Shown here: positions 17,993-27,186 of the stretch, in pieces
Numbering within the stretch: the first letter of the stretch is position 1
How the letters are laid out: every line of letters begins with the position of its first letter
Virus record (IMG/VR): IMGVR_UViG_3300030520_000004
Length of the DNA: 59,328 nt
Source of the DNA: an uncultured virus (IMG/VR IMGVR_UViG_3300030520_000004)
Lineage: Duplodnaviria > Heunggongvirae > Uroviricota > Caudoviricetes
Reading direction: 5' to 3' (one strand)
Notes under the pieces: model-generated
What the model saw: the letters and a program-made list of their open reading frames with translations, nothing else
Databases searched by the model: none
What the model was told of the DNA's origin: nothing
Program-made: the position numbers and the translations under genes

Positions 17993-18304
17993 TCACGCCA
18001 CCACCTCGCTGGGCCGGCGCTTCGATAGGTGGACCCAGCCGCAGCCCGGGGTGCACCGGTACGGGTACAGCACCAGCCCGGCAATCGCAGGCTTGCCGAG
18101 AGCCCTGCGTGCAGCCATGGCGGTCGTGGCGTAGCGGGCCTTCTCCGGATGCGGGCACGGGCCCAGCTGGATGGGCACCGGCGCTACCTCGGGCTGACGG
18201 CAGCTCCCCGGGCACTGCTCGCCGGATGGCAGTGCGTGGGAGCGGAACCGGCCGCGGCGGTTCAAGTCACGCTGCTCACCGCAGCCGGGGCAGGTGCCGG
18301 TCAC
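17993..18304 (-). CDS. Zn-finger hypothetical protein
   Basis: CPGC...H...CPGS; K.RY...YPYRC..GCG..HLS. Confidence 0.55.
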   Translation of the reverse strand: MTGTCPGCGEQRDLNRRGRFRSHALPSGEQCPGSCRQPEVAPVPIQLGPCPHPEKARYATTAMAARRALGKPAIAGLVLYPYRCTPGCGWVHLSKRRPSEVVA

Positions 18305-18633
18305 CGTGCCCCCTCCAGTCCGCAGTCCATGCACCGGAACCGACGTGGCGGCCTGCCGTGGCACGTGTCGCACTGCCCGGGCTCGCCGAGGAGGTCCGCG
18401 GCCGGGACATGCAGCGCGCCGGCGAGGGCGACGAGCAGGGCCACGCTGATGTCGCGCCGGCGCCCGGCCTCAAGGTCGGCGATGGTGTCCCGGCCGACAG
18501 GGTGCCCGCCAAGGGTCAGCTCGATGGCCAGGCGCTCCTGCGACCAGCCACGGGCCTGCCGGGCCTCACGGACGTGCTGGGCTATGCGGGCCGTCGCCGG
18601 GTTCGGGGTGCGGTCCTTCGGCGGGGCGGTCAC
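18301..18633 (-). CDS. XRE-family HTH protein with C-terminal CxxC-CxxC
   Basis: VREARQARGWSQERLA...IADLEAGRR; CDTC..CMDC. Confidence 0.8.
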   Translation of the reverse strand: MTAPPKDRTPNPATARIAQHVREARQARGWSQERLAIELTLGGHPVGRDTIADLEAGRRRDISVALLVALAGALHVPAADLLGEPGQCDTCHGRPPRRFRCMDCGLEGAR

Positions 18634-18956
18634 CGCGTCACCGCCATTGCCGTCGCCGGAGCGGTCCGACGGACGGGAGCGAACCGGACCCGCAACCGCC
18701 GGAGCCTACGCTTCGTGCCATCGCCGCCGCCGGAGATCCACCACAGCCACGCGGCGACCGCGCCAAATGCCGCGAACACCGAAGCCACGAACGGCTGCCG
18801 CAGCAGCGCCTCGCTGGTCGCCAGCAGGCCGTAAGCGACGGCCGCCATGCCGAGGATGCGACGTAGCGTCATTCGCCCGCACGCCAACACCGCGATCATT
18901 GCTGCGATCCAGGTCAGCGCGGCGTACATCAGGCAGACCGAGACGAGATGGGTCAC
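18630..18956 (-). CDS. Membrane protein (3 TM helices)
   Basis: Hydrophobic helices; WW..GGGD.TKRRLR tail. Confidence 0.6.
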   Translation of the reverse strand: MTHLVSVCLMYAALTWIAAMIAVLACGRMTLRRILGMAAVAYGLLATSEALLRQPFVASVFAAFGAVAAWLWWISGGGDGTKRRLRRLRVRFAPVRRTAPATAMAVTR

Positions 18957-19273
18957 CGCTGCGCCTCCTTCCCGCACGCCAGGCACCTGGTCCACGGCTT
19001 CGGTGCGTCGTGGCACTTGTCGCACGCCGGGGCGGTCAGCAGCCGGGCGGGCGCGATCCCGAAGACCTCGGCGAAGGCGACCAGGTCGTCCGCGTCGATG
19101 CGACGCTCGCCGCGCTCGACCTTGCTGATCACGGTCACCGCCATGGGCCTGCCGGTCTCAGCGAGTCGTGCGCTGACCTGCGCCAGCGTCAACTGGCGGG
19201 CCCGGCGCAGACAGCGGATGTTCGCCCGGACGATCTCGGATGTGGGGCCCGGCTTGATCGAGTTCCCGCTCAT
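18953..19273 (-). CDS. XRE-family HTH protein with C-terminal CxxC-CxxC
   Basis: ANIRCLRRARQLT...ISKVERGERRIDADDL; CDKC..CLAC. Confidence 0.8.
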   Translation of the reverse strand: MSGNSIKPGPTSEIVRANIRCLRRARQLTLAQVSARLAETGRPMAVTVISKVERGERRIDADDLVAFAEVFGIAPARLLTAPACDKCHDAPKPWTRCLACGKEAQR

Positions 19274-19599
19274 TCCTTGGCCTCCGATCCGCAGGCCAGG
19301 CAGGCGAAACCGGCGGGTGGCTGGCCGTTGCAGGTGCTGCACGCCTCGGGCGGTTCCAGCAGCTGGGCGGGCGTAACGCCGAGCGCGGCTGCGAGGGCAA
19401 ACAGGTCATCGACGCCGATATGCCGGTTGCCCTTCTCGATCTTCGTGATGGCGCTGGCATGGATCGGGCGGCTGGCCGCGAGGAGCAGCTCGGACAGCGC
19501 CGTGGTGGTGATGCCTCGCTTGCGGCGCAGCAGGCGGATCTTCGCTGCGACGGCGGACCCGGCCGGACCGATCGGATTGCTGGTGCGTGGAACGCTCAT
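19270..19599 (-). CDS. XRE-family HTH protein with C-terminal CxxC-CxxC
   Basis: KIRLLRRKRGIT...ITKIEKGNRHIGVDDL; CSTC..CLAC. Confidence 0.8.
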   Translation of the reverse strand: MSVPRTSNPIGPAGSAVAAKIRLLRRKRGITTTALSELLLAASRPIHASAITKIEKGNRHIGVDDLFALAAALGVTPAQLLEPPEACSTCNGQPPAGFACLACGSEAKE

Positions 19600-19720
19600 G
19601 CCCGCACCGCCTGTGTGGCCGCCTGCGGGGCGCTGGGGCGCTCCGGTGTCTCCGTGGGCCCGGGAGTGGGGTTCGGGGGCGCGGAGGGGCCGCCAGGGGT
19701 CGTGGCGGCCCGACGGGCGG

Positions 19721-19918
19721 TCACTGCTCCGCGCCCATCTGGATCGCGGCCAGCTCGACGGCCTCGCGGATGCTGATCCCGTCCTCGGAGCCAGCGCGGA
19801 GGCGTTCGGCTCGGCGGGCGAGTTCGGCGGCCACGGCGCGCTGGTCGTCGCTGAACTTGAGCCAGCGGCGGGGCACGGAATCAGCTTCCGCCGGGCGGGG
19901 GTCTTCGGTGTGGTCCAT
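19721..19918 (-). CDS. Hypothetical protein
   Basis: GAGG RBS before MDHTED. Confidence 0.45.
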   Translation of the reverse strand: MDHTEDPRPAEADSVPRRWLKFSDDQRAVAAELARRAERLRAGSEDGISIREAVELAAIQMGAEQ

Positions 19919-20030
19919 TTCTGCCTCTTCTCGCGGTGCGGTGCGGCCGTCAGCGGCCTCTGGTGGCGTGCGTGGCGCTCGGGACCTAGGTGGGGGTCCA
20001 ACGCCGCAGGGAGTTAACTCGCGGGTAACT

Positions 20031-20438
20031 TCAAGGGCCGTCAGCCACCGGATCCACGACCCCGTACGCCAGCGCCACGGCATGCGTCCGGTTCCGCGCA
20101 CCCAGCAGCCCGTAGATCCGCCGCAGCCGCGTGCACACCAGCCGCTCCGAGATGCCCAGCCGCTCGGCCGCCTCGCTGTTGTCGAAGCCCTCGGCCAGCA
20201 AAGCCATCAACTGGCGGTCCGACGGAGACAGGGCCGGGCGGTGGCCCATGGCCAGCTCGTCCTTCACGTGGTCCGGCAGTGGCGGCCAGTCCTCCAGCTG
20301 CTCCCGGACCACGTAGCGGGCCATCACGGCGAGTTCCTCGACCCGGTACGGGATCCGGTGCTCGCCGACCGCGCGCACCAGGGCCTTGCCGACGCGCTTC
20401 TCGGCCGCGACGATGCGGGCCTTGGCGGGTGATGTCAT
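20031..20438 (-). CDS. LuxR-family HTH regulator
   Basis: LSPSDRQLMALLAEGFDNSEAAERLGISERLV...IYGLLGARNRTHAVALAY. Confidence 0.85.
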   Translation of the reverse strand: MTSPAKARIVAAEKRVGKALVRAVGEHRIPYRVEELAVMARYVVREQLEDWPPLPDHVKDELAMGHRPALSPSDRQLMALLAEGFDNSEAAERLGISERLVCTRLRRIYGLLGARNRTHAVALAYGVVDPVADGP

Positions 20439-20518
20439 GTGCGTCTCCGGTTGATCTTGTTCTGGCGGCGATGGTTGTGCGGCGGCTTATTAGACCCAGT
20501 GTCAGCAAGCAGCGAGGA

Positions 20519-20860
20519 TCAGATCGGGCGACCAGGCGGCGGGTAGTCCTCGTTGGCGATCCCCAGCAGCACGTCCCCGTGGCACGGTCCGCCGACCGGG
20601 CACCAGCAGCACAGGTCCCGGCCTGCGAGGTGCTCGCGGATCTCGGCGTCACTCGGGTAGCCCCGGAAGTCGGGCCAGTCCGGCGGGAAGCCGCGGCTGC
20701 GCTTAAGGTGCGCTCGGAACTGGGCTGCGGCGATGGCCTTTCCGGCCTTGGTGCCGTCATGCCGAAACGGGTTGCCCCACCGCGACGGCCTGCTGACGAC
20801 GATCGCCCCGTCGGGCTTGCGCCAGCCCTTCGCGCGGCTGAGCTGGATTCGCTGCGGCAT
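20519..20860 (-). CDS. DUF4326 domain protein
   Basis: PQRIQLSRAKGWRKP...RPSRWGNPF...LAGRDLCCWC...CHGDVLL. Confidence 0.85.
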   Translation of the reverse strand: MPQRIQLSRAKGWRKPDGAIVVSRPSRWGNPFRHDGTKAGKAIAAAQFRAHLKRSRGFPPDWPDFRGYPSDAEIREHLAGRDLCCWCPVGGPCHGDVLLGIANEDYPPPGRPI

Positions 20861-20915
20861 GGTCAGGCCTCCCGGGGCTGGAACGGCAGGATCGTGGCGG
20901 TGAGCTGGGCGGCGG

Positions 20916-21323
20916 TCATGGCAGCTCCAGTCCGGATGCGCGCAGTTCCCGGGCGAGCAGCTGGGCTGCGGCGTCGAGGAGCGGTTCGCCGAGCCGTCCG
21001 CCGGCCTGTTTGGCCACGGCCCACTCGACGACGATGCGGCTGGCGGGTGTGGCGCCGGGCTTGCGTACGGCGAGCTCCAGCTCGTTGAGGGCGCGTAGGC
21101 CAGCTGCAACACCGGGGTGGAGGTCGGCGGTGCAGTTCGCGCACAGCGGCTGGTCGTCCTCATCGACGAGGTGAACGGCGGCGATGACCGCGCTCCGGTC
21201 GCAGCTGTGGCACGTGCCGACATGGCTTCCGCTGCGGACGGCTGCCCGGACCGGCGCGGGGTCGTAGCCGTCGCTGGGGCGCAGGTACGGGTTGCGGTTG
21301 GGGAACGAGACGAGTGGGTTCAT
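20916..21323 (-). CDS. Zn-binding hypothetical protein
   Basis: CHSC...LCANC; ATGA coupling. Confidence 0.55.
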   Translation of the reverse strand: MNPLVSFPNRNPYLRPSDGYDPAPVRAAVRSGSHVGTCHSCDRSAVIAAVHLVDEDDQPLCANCTADLHPGVAAGLRALNELELAVRKPGATPASRIVVEWAVAKQAGGRLGEPLLDAAAQLLARELRASGLELP

Positions 21324-22057
21324 GACGCGTCCCGGTGGGTGCGGCGCAGGTCGTTCCCGGCGAGGGTGACGATGTGGGAGGTCTGGACGAGGCGGGAGGT
21401 GAGGCGGTCGCCGAGGTGGCTGGCGAGGTCGGGTTCGCCGGGGTTGGTGGCGCGGGTGAGCAGGTTGGTTGTGATGATCATGGGGAGGCATTCGTTGTAG
21501 CGGGCGTTCAAGATCCGGTATGCGGCCTCCTCGGTGAAGTCGCTCAACTTCTCGGTGCCGAGGTCGTCCAGCAGCAGCAGCGGGATCTGCGCGAGCTGCT
21601 TCAACTCGTGCTCGGAGCCGCGCTCGGAGCCCTTCGGCCGCAGCAGCCCGTACAGGTCCGGGGCGGTGATCGCGACCATGGCGAACCGCAGCGGGCCGGA
21701 CTCGGCGATCCTGCGCAGCGCTCCGTAGGCGGTGTGCGTCTTGCCCGTCCCGATCGTGCCGTTGATCACCAGGAAGCCGCCGGAGCGCAGATCCTTCGCC
21801 GTCCGGTCAGCCCACGCCGTCACATCCGGGTGGCTGGCTGTCGCATCCCGGTACCGGTACGGCACCGCAGCCGACCACCGCGACAGGGCGAACTCCGCGC
21901 GCTGGCGGCGGTGGTACTCGGGGTGGCCCGGCTCGTCGGGGGTGGGCGTGTTGTCGACCGGGCCGGGCGTGGTGCTGATCCGGCGCTCGTTGATCCCGGC
22001 CATCAGGCGGCCGAACATCGACGGGCGGCGCTCGGCGAGGGTTTCAGGTTCGGGCAT
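21320..22057 (-). CDS. DnaC/IstB-like AAA+ ATPase (helicase loader)
   Basis: Walker A GTIGTGKT, Walker B LLLLDDLG, IITTN, RL.SRL. Confidence 0.9.
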   Translation of the reverse strand: MPEPETLAERRPSMFGRLMAGINERRISTTPGPVDNTPTPDEPGHPEYHRRQRAEFALSRWSAAVPYRYRDATASHPDVTAWADRTAKDLRSGGFLVINGTIGTGKTHTAYGALRRIAESGPLRFAMVAITAPDLYGLLRPKGSERGSEHELKQLAQIPLLLLDDLGTEKLSDFTEEAAYRILNARYNECLPMIITTNLLTRATNPGEPDLASHLGDRLTSRLVQTSHIVTLAGNDLRRTHRDAS

Positions 22058-22058
22058 G

Positions 22059-23033
22059 TCACAACTTCCCTTGGTTCTTGAAGTCGGCCTCGGTGTTGAC
22101 GCGGGGGGGCTGCCAGCCGCCCCCGGATACGGCCCGCAGTACCGGCGGGGCAGCGGGCAGCTCGTCGTTGTACCGGCGGTCGCGCAGCCAGCCGGCGGGG
22201 AGCTTGAGGTATTGCGGGTCCTTGCCGATGCGGCTGGTGGCGTAGGCGTGCGCAGCGGCGAGGAGTTTTTGCTTGCTGACACCGGAGGCGACGGTTTCGC
22301 GGTAGACCTCGGCGGCGGCGTCCTTGGCCTCGTGCCGGGGGTAGGCGGCGTACCACTCGTCGAAGTCGGGGTCGTCCGTCGGCACGGTGCGCGGCTTGCG
22401 CTTGGCGGGCTTCGCCTTGGCGACAGGAGGCACCGCGAACAGCGCGCCGTCGGCTTCGTTCTCCGCCTTGGGCGGTGAACAAGAGTCTTTAGTTTCAGTA
22501 GTTGGTTCAGTCTTTTGGTTTGGGTGACGCCCACGCCACCCCTCTCGCGACGTGGACGTCACCCCTCCTGAGACGTCCACGTCACCCGTGACGTCGGCGT
22601 CACCCGTGACGTCCACGTCATGGGTCAAAGGCTCCGAATCGGCATCTGACGTGGGCTTTTGCTTTCCGCCACGCCTGCGGGATGACGCCAGCGTCACCCG
22701 TGACGCCCGCGTCACCTCATCGGCCCCCGTCCGGCCGCCGGGAACGGTGCGCTCCACCGCGAGGTCGTACACCTCGGGCCGCTGCCCCGGAGGTAGGTGC
22801 GACGTCTTCGACTGGTTGCCGAGACGGATCAGGCCGAGGCCGACGAGAGCACGCAGATCACGCTGCACGGATCGCTTGTCCTTGCAGGTCATGGCCGCGA
22901 GACGGTTCGCGGACGGGTAGGCGTCTCGGCCCTTCGCGTCTGCATGGAAGGCCAGCGCAGCCAAGGTGGCCACCAACTGCGCGGGTATCGGGGGTGCCAG
23001 TTCCAGCGCCCACCGGACGGCCTTTTCGCTCAC
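22059..23033 (-). CDS. Phage replication initiator (N-terminal wHTH, C-terminal F..W...YP domain)
   Basis: LA.HAD..G..AYPS..RLA...R.VQR.L..L...GLI; FDEWYAAYPR; PAGWL...RY.DE; lies next to the DnaC-like gene. Confidence 0.8.
   Translation of the reverse strand: MSEKAVRWALELAPPIPAQLVATLAALAFHADAKGRDAYPSANRLAAMTCKDKRSVQRDLRALVGLGLIRLGNQSKTSHLPPGQRPEVYDLAVERTVPGGRTGADEVTRASRVTLASSRRRGGKQKPTSDADSEPLTHDVDVTGDADVTGDVDVSGGVTSTSREGWRGRHPNQKTEPTTETKDSCSPPKAENEADGALFAVPPVAKAKPAKRKPRTVPTDDPDFDEWYAAYPRHEAKDAAAEVYRETVASGVSKQKLLAAAHAYATSRIGKDPQYLKLPAGWLRDRRYNDELPAAPPVLRAVSGGGWQPPRVNTEADFKNQGKL
22478..22719. repeat. Iteron-like 18-bp repeats plus AT-rich flank (putative origin) inside the initiator gene
   Basis: GACGYNNNCGTCACCCGT-like units at 22549, 22572, 22590, 22608, 22684, 22702; T-rich tract 22478-22522. 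Confidence 0.65.
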
Positions 23034-23113
23034 GTGGATCTTCTCTCGGGTGTACTCGGCAGGTGGTCAACAAGAGGGATGCGGGGCGGCCGGAGGACCG
23101 CCCAGCGGTGGAG

Positions 23114-23959
23114 CTACTTGGGCTCGGGGAACGCCTCGGGCGTCGAGCCCCCGGCCTTCCACGACAGGATCTGCACGGGGCGGCCCGCCCGGAACGCGTT
23201 CCATGCCTTGATGACCAGCGCAGTCACGTAGGTGTCGTCCGCGGTGCTGCGGTCCTGGGCGAGGTTGTCCAGGGCGCGCCGCAGCGCGTAGATGGGGTCA
23301 TCGACCATGAGGCCGACGCCGTCACCCAGGCGGGCGAAGAAGAACGCGCAGTCGCTCTGGTCGACGCCCAGGAACAGCCAGTGGCACAGTCCAGCGATGC
23401 CGCCGGACAGGTGCGCCGACTTGCGGACCCGGTCGGCGATCTCGGCGGAGCGCCGCAGCTCGGGGTGCCGCTCCAGCATTTCCAAGAGCTGCCGGTGGGT
23501 GGGCTGGGCGGCCCCGGCACCCTTGAGCTTGCGCCGGTAGCCCTGCTCCCACAGGTAGGCGCGGAGCAGGATTGAGGCCAGGGCGGTGAAGTTCGTCTCC
23601 CCGCGGAGCTTGAGGACGTCGGCGAGGGTCCGCTTGGCCCCGGTGTCCATCGTGTCCTGCGTGGCGTCGGGCAGCCCGTTGACGACGAGCATCCGCACGG
23701 TGACGCCGGACTGGACGATGGCGGTGAGACGGTGCTGGCCGTCCAAGAGGACACCGCTGATGGAGAACTTGATGCTCTGGCCGTCCTCAACCCAGTGCCC
23801 GGCGAGCATGTCGTTGGCGTAGCCGTTGACGACGCGCTCCCGCAGGTTGCGGTTGTGGGTGTTGGTCCGGATCCACTCTTTTGCGAGGGCGGGGGTGATG
23901 TCGACGAGCTTGTACGTGGGGCCGCCGGGGCGGGTTCCGGATACCGTGGGCTTGTTCAT
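23114..23959 (-). CDS. ParB-like N-terminal domain protein
   Basis: ITP..A..W...N..NR...YA.DM..G.W...LLDGQHRL.AIV. Confidence 0.75.
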   Translation of the reverse strand: MNKPTVSGTRPGGPTYKLVDITPALAKEWIRTNTHNRNLRERVVNGYANDMLAGHWVEDGQSIKFSISGVLLDGQHRLTAIVQSGVTVRMLVVNGLPDATQDTMDTGAKRTLADVLKLRGETNFTALASILLRAYLWEQGYRRKLKGAGAAQPTHRQLLEMLERHPELRRSAEIADRVRKSAHLSGGIAGLCHWLFLGVDQSDCAFFFARLGDGVGLMVDDPIYALRRALDNLAQDRSTADDTYVTALVIKAWNAFRAGRPVQILSWKAGGSTPEAFPEPK

Positions 23960-24781
23960 CTATCGCTCCTGGTTGATCGATTGGGCGATGCCGGTCAGGG
24001 CGTCGCTGGTCTTGTTGAGGCTCGCCGCCCACCAGCGGCGGGCCTCTTCGCTTGCCTCGGCCTCGGGCAGGTTCATGGCCTGGAGGAGTTCGGCGGTGTG
24101 CTCCAGTGCGCTGATGAGGTCGGGCATCTGGTGGTGGGTTGTCTCCCGGTTGCGGGTGAACCGGTCGTCTTGGGTGAGCCGGGTGAGTTGTTCGGTCGCC
24201 CGCTTGAGGTCGCGCGCGCCATCGGCGAATGCCTCCGGGAGCGGGCGCCGCTTGGGCTTCGCGGGCTCCGGCGGCAGGGCCTGGACGGTCGGGGCGACGG
24301 TCTCCAGGTCGGTGTGGTCCAGGACGTGGGACTGGCCGGGGATGGCGTCCTCGTCGGGCTCCAGCCACTCGGCCCCTGCGTACTCGTCGGCCGGCTCGGG
24401 TGCGGGCTGCGGACGGGAGGCGGCGTAGGACTTGCCGTCCACGCCAATGACGAGCGGCTCGGCAGGTGGTTGGTTTCCGACCACCTGGAGATCCTTCATG
24501 ACCGTCTCTCGGTTGATGCCGGTCGCTGCCGCGATGGCTCTCGTGCTCAATCCCGACTCGCGCAGGCTGGCCACGACTTCCTGGCGCTCTTCGCGGGGCA
24601 GGCGCAGCCGGGACGCGCCGAACTCCTCGGTGCAGTAGGTATCCCAGTTCGGGTAGCCGAGCTCCGCCCATGCCCGGCTGGTGTAGGCGTCCTGAATCAG
24701 GAGCCAGGTGCCTTCGACGGCGACCTTGATGCGGTCGGTGAGAGTGCGGGCGGCCTGCTTGGCGTCGAGTGCGGTGGTCAA
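23960..24781 (-). CDS. HTH DNA-binding phage protein
   Basis: AW..LGY..W..YC..EF; LRESGLSTRAIAAATGINRETV. Confidence 0.7.
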   Translation of the reverse strand: MTTALDAKQAARTLTDRIKVAVEGTWLLIQDAYTSRAWAELGYPNWDTYCTEEFGASRLRLPREERQEVVASLRESGLSTRAIAAATGINRETVMKDLQVVGNQPPAEPLVIGVDGKSYAASRPQPAPEPADEYAGAEWLEPDEDAIPGQSHVLDHTDLETVAPTVQALPPEPAKPKRRPLPEAFADGARDLKRATEQLTRLTQDDRFTRNRETTHHQMPDLISALEHTAELLQAMNLPEAEASEEARRWWAASLNKTSDALTGIAQSINQER

Positions 24782-24856
24782 CGAGGGCTCCAAATTGAGG
24801 GAGTGGGGTGGCCTGCGGCGGAATTTGAGCGCACGGAACCAGGCGTTCGGGCGGCG

Positions 24857-25312
24857 TTAGTCATCGGTGACTTCCAGGTCGTGGATCTCCGGGCGGTAGC
24901 CACCAATGCGACTGCAGCTCGGAACGCGCTTGGGGATGTCCTCAGCGGCCCGGGCGAGCAACTCGGACGTCGCCCCCCATCCGTTGCGGTGGAACTCGGC
25001 GGCAAGGTGTGCCCTCGGTCGAGTCACGGGACCCCAGACGGCCGAGCGGTCATGGCAAGCCATCAGGTGGTTGCACCTGTCGCAGACAAGCCCGCGAACG
25101 AACCAAACGTCCTGGTGGTGGTAGTGCTCAATGATCAAGTAGCCACGCGGGGTGTCCTCTTCGGCGATGCCGCAGATCTCGCAGCGTCCACCCGAGCGCG
25201 CCCTGAGCTGTTCGAACTCTTCACATGTAAGGCGGTAGATCTCCCAGTGCTGGCAGAGCTTTCCGGGCATGGCGTGCCGGTCGATGGCGACCCGGCGGGG
25301 CGTTTCGCTCAC
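24857..25312 (-). CDS. Endonuclease VII-like protein
   Basis: YRLT.EEFE.L....GGRCEICG...IEHYH...VRGLVCDRCN. Confidence 0.75.
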   Translation of the reverse strand: MSETPRRVAIDRHAMPGKLCQHWEIYRLTCEEFEQLRARSGGRCEICGIAEEDTPRGYLIIEHYHHQDVWFVRGLVCDRCNHLMACHDRSAVWGPVTRPRAHLAAEFHRNGWGATSELLARAAEDIPKRVPSCSRIGGYRPEIHDLEVTDD

Positions 25313-25320
25313 ATCTGAAT

Positions 25321-25361
25321 TGTACAACGCGCTCTGATGTACAGCCCAGCTTTCTTGTACC
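25321..25361. promoter_or_regulatory. TGTACA operator boxes between divergent genes
   Basis: TGTACA at 25321 and 25338, TGTACC at 25356. Confidence 0.55.
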
Positions 25362-25369
25362 CTAGACGC

Positions 25370-25579
25370 ATGGAGATGTCCGACGTGCGCACCATGGGTA
25401 TTGCCGACGCCCGCGCCAACCTCACCGACTTGGTTGCTGAGGTGCGCCTGCTTGGAGAGCCGGTCATCTTGGCGAGACGCGACAAGCCGCAGGCTGCCCT
25501 GGTCCCGCTGGCCATGCTGGAGCGCATCCTCGGTGGCCTCCCGGACAGGGCTGCCGACAAGCCCGCCGCCTCCGCCTGA
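25370..25579 (+). CDS. Phd/YefM-family antitoxin (orphan)
   Basis: MGIADARANLTDLVAEV...EPVILARRDKPQAALVP. Confidence 0.8.
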   Translation: MEMSDVRTMGIADARANLTDLVAEVRLLGEPVILARRDKPQAALVPLAMLERILGGLPDRAADKPAASA

Positions 25580-25593
25580 CCCTCCCCGCCCCC

Positions 25594-25842
25594 TCACCGC
25601 ACGACCTCGCAGTCCCCGACGTACCTGACCCACACCTCGGGCTCGACGTCGTGCACCCCGCGCACCTCGGTCTCGTACGCCCCGCCGGGCTGGTAGGCGG
25701 GGAACTGCCCGGAGCGGATCTTCTGCGCGGTGACCATGGCTGAGGCACGCCCGTCGTAGGGGCCGACCTCGACCCACACGCCGGGATGCCCCTGGGCGTC
25801 GGCGGCTATCGGCGGGTGCTGGTGGTACGGGCGGCGGATCAT
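25594..25842 (-). CDS. Hypothetical phage protein
   Basis: AY.P.G.YE......VWVRYVG; resembles 32503..32832. Confidence 0.6.
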   Translation of the reverse strand: MIRRPYHQHPPIAADAQGHPGVWVEVGPYDGRASAMVTAQKIRSGQFPAYQPGGAYETEVRGVHDVEPEVWVRYVGDCEVVR

Positions 25843-26020
25843 GCGGCGGTCCCCTTCCTGGCTGCGGTTTCTGCGGGTGTGATCGGTTCCGGGTGCCCGG
25901 CCAGCGCCCACGGCGAGTGGGTTCGGCATCTGCGGCCGGCCGGATAAGGGCGCCAGTCGGGATCGCCGCATGGGCCGGTGGGCGTGTTCCTGCTGCACCC
26001 GAGCGGCGGATCGTCGGGCA

Positions 26021-26569
26021 TCAGAACGGGGGCTCGTCACTGAAGCCGGCACCCGGCGGCTGGGCCTGCGACTGCGCACCCCACCCGCCGGCGTTCTGCT
26101 GCGGCGCGCTGCTGGCCCACGGGTCCGCTTGGCCGGCGGCCGGGCGCTGCTGGGACTGCTGGCCGCCGAAGCCGCCGGACTGCTGCTGCTGGCCCTGGGC
26201 GCCGGACTTCTGTGCCTTGGTGACCTTCGCGGTGGCGAACTTGAGGCTCGGTGCGATGTCTTCGGCTTCGATCTCGAAGACGGTGCGCTTCTGCCCGTCC
26301 TTCTCGTAGGTGCGGGACTTGAGGACGCCGACGATGACGACCCGCATGCCCTTGAGGATCGACTCGGCGACCTGCTCGGCCTGCTGCCGCCAGACGTTGA
26401 CGGTGAGGAAAGTGGCTTCGCCGTCGACCCAAGTCGAGGTGTCCTTGTTGTAGGTGCGCGGCGTGGATGCCACCCGGAGCTTCGCTACTGCAGCTCCCGA
26501 CGGCGTGAACCGAAGATCAACTTCTTCGACGACGTTCCCGACAAAAGTGATGGGGGTCTCTCCGGCCAT
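26021..26569 (-). CDS. ssb: Single-stranded DNA-binding protein
   Basis: [12 protein letters not shown]...[18 protein letters not shown]...; acidic tail DEPPF. Confidence 0.95.
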   Translation of the reverse strand: MAGETPITFVGNVVEEVDLRFTPSGAAVAKLRVASTPRTYNKDTSTWVDGEATFLTVNVWRQQAEQVAESILKGMRVVIVGVLKSRTYEKDGQKRTVFEIEAEDIAPSLKFATAKVTKAQKSGAQGQQQQSGGFGGQQSQQRPAAGQADPWASSAPQQNAGGWGAQSQAQPPGAGFSDEPPF

Positions 26570-26571
26570 GG

Positions 26572-27186
26572 CTACTTCTCCTTGAGATTGGTCAAGCTGG
26601 TGGCCAGGTGCTTGTCGATCGGCCGGCGCCACTCGTTCTGGGCCCGCCATCGGGTGACGGTGCGCGGGGTGACCCCGATCCGTCTGGCGATTGCGTTGGC
26701 GGAGGCGTTGCGCATGGTCAGGACGCGGACCGCTTCGAGGCGTTCGGGCCGGTTGAGGGTCAGTACCGCGCCCATCGCGACGTCCTCGACCGCGGCCTCG
26801 TCGAGGTCCGGCTCGACCCCGTCTCGGCACCCGAGGCAGCGTCGCGCCCCGCTCGGGTCGAAGCGGGCGTGGCCGGCCCAGGCGTGCCCGAGCCGGCACC
26901 AGCCGTCGAGGGCGGACGGGTCCAGGCGCAGGGCATGGGCCCGGTAGATCTCTTGCCGGTCGTCGTAGTCGGCGAGGTGCTCCGGGGTGACGCACATGCG
27001 GATGCGGCAGATTGGCATCGGATGGTTGACCGGCGGGCGGCCGTGGTGCTCCTGGTAGATGTGGGCGCGCACTGAGTGCTTGGTCCAGTTGCGGAGGATG
27101 ATCGGGCAGCCGTTGTTGAGGCGGCCCGTCCACAGGAGGTGGCCGCCGTCGGTGGCCTGGGTCTGGGCTCGCCAGTCGAGAGTCAC
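26572..27186 (-). CDS. HNH-like (His-Me finger) domain plus C-terminal HTH
   Basis: HLLWTG...C....CVTPEHL; C..GH...[21 protein letters not shown]. Confidence 0.65.
   Translation of the reverse strand: MTLDWRAQTQATDGGHLLWTGRLNNGCPIILRNWTKHSVRAHIYQEHHGRPPVNHPMPICRIRMCVTPEHLADYDDRQEIYRAHALRLDPSALDGWCRLGHAWAGHARFDPSGARRCLGCRDGVEPDLDEAAVEDVAMGAVLTLNRPERLEAVRVLTMRNASANAIARRIGVTPRTVTRWRAQNEWRRPIDKHLATSLTNLKEK

Noticed and set aside
16368..20017. Long ORFs 16368..18215(-) and 18029..20017(+)
   Set aside because: High-GC shadow frames of well-supported genes on the opposite strand; only the last 44 codons of the first appear to be a real gene
22549..22719. CRISPR-like array
   Set aside because: The repeats are tandem and degenerate, lack unique spacers and lie in frame in a gene; no CRISPR array was seen anywhere in the window
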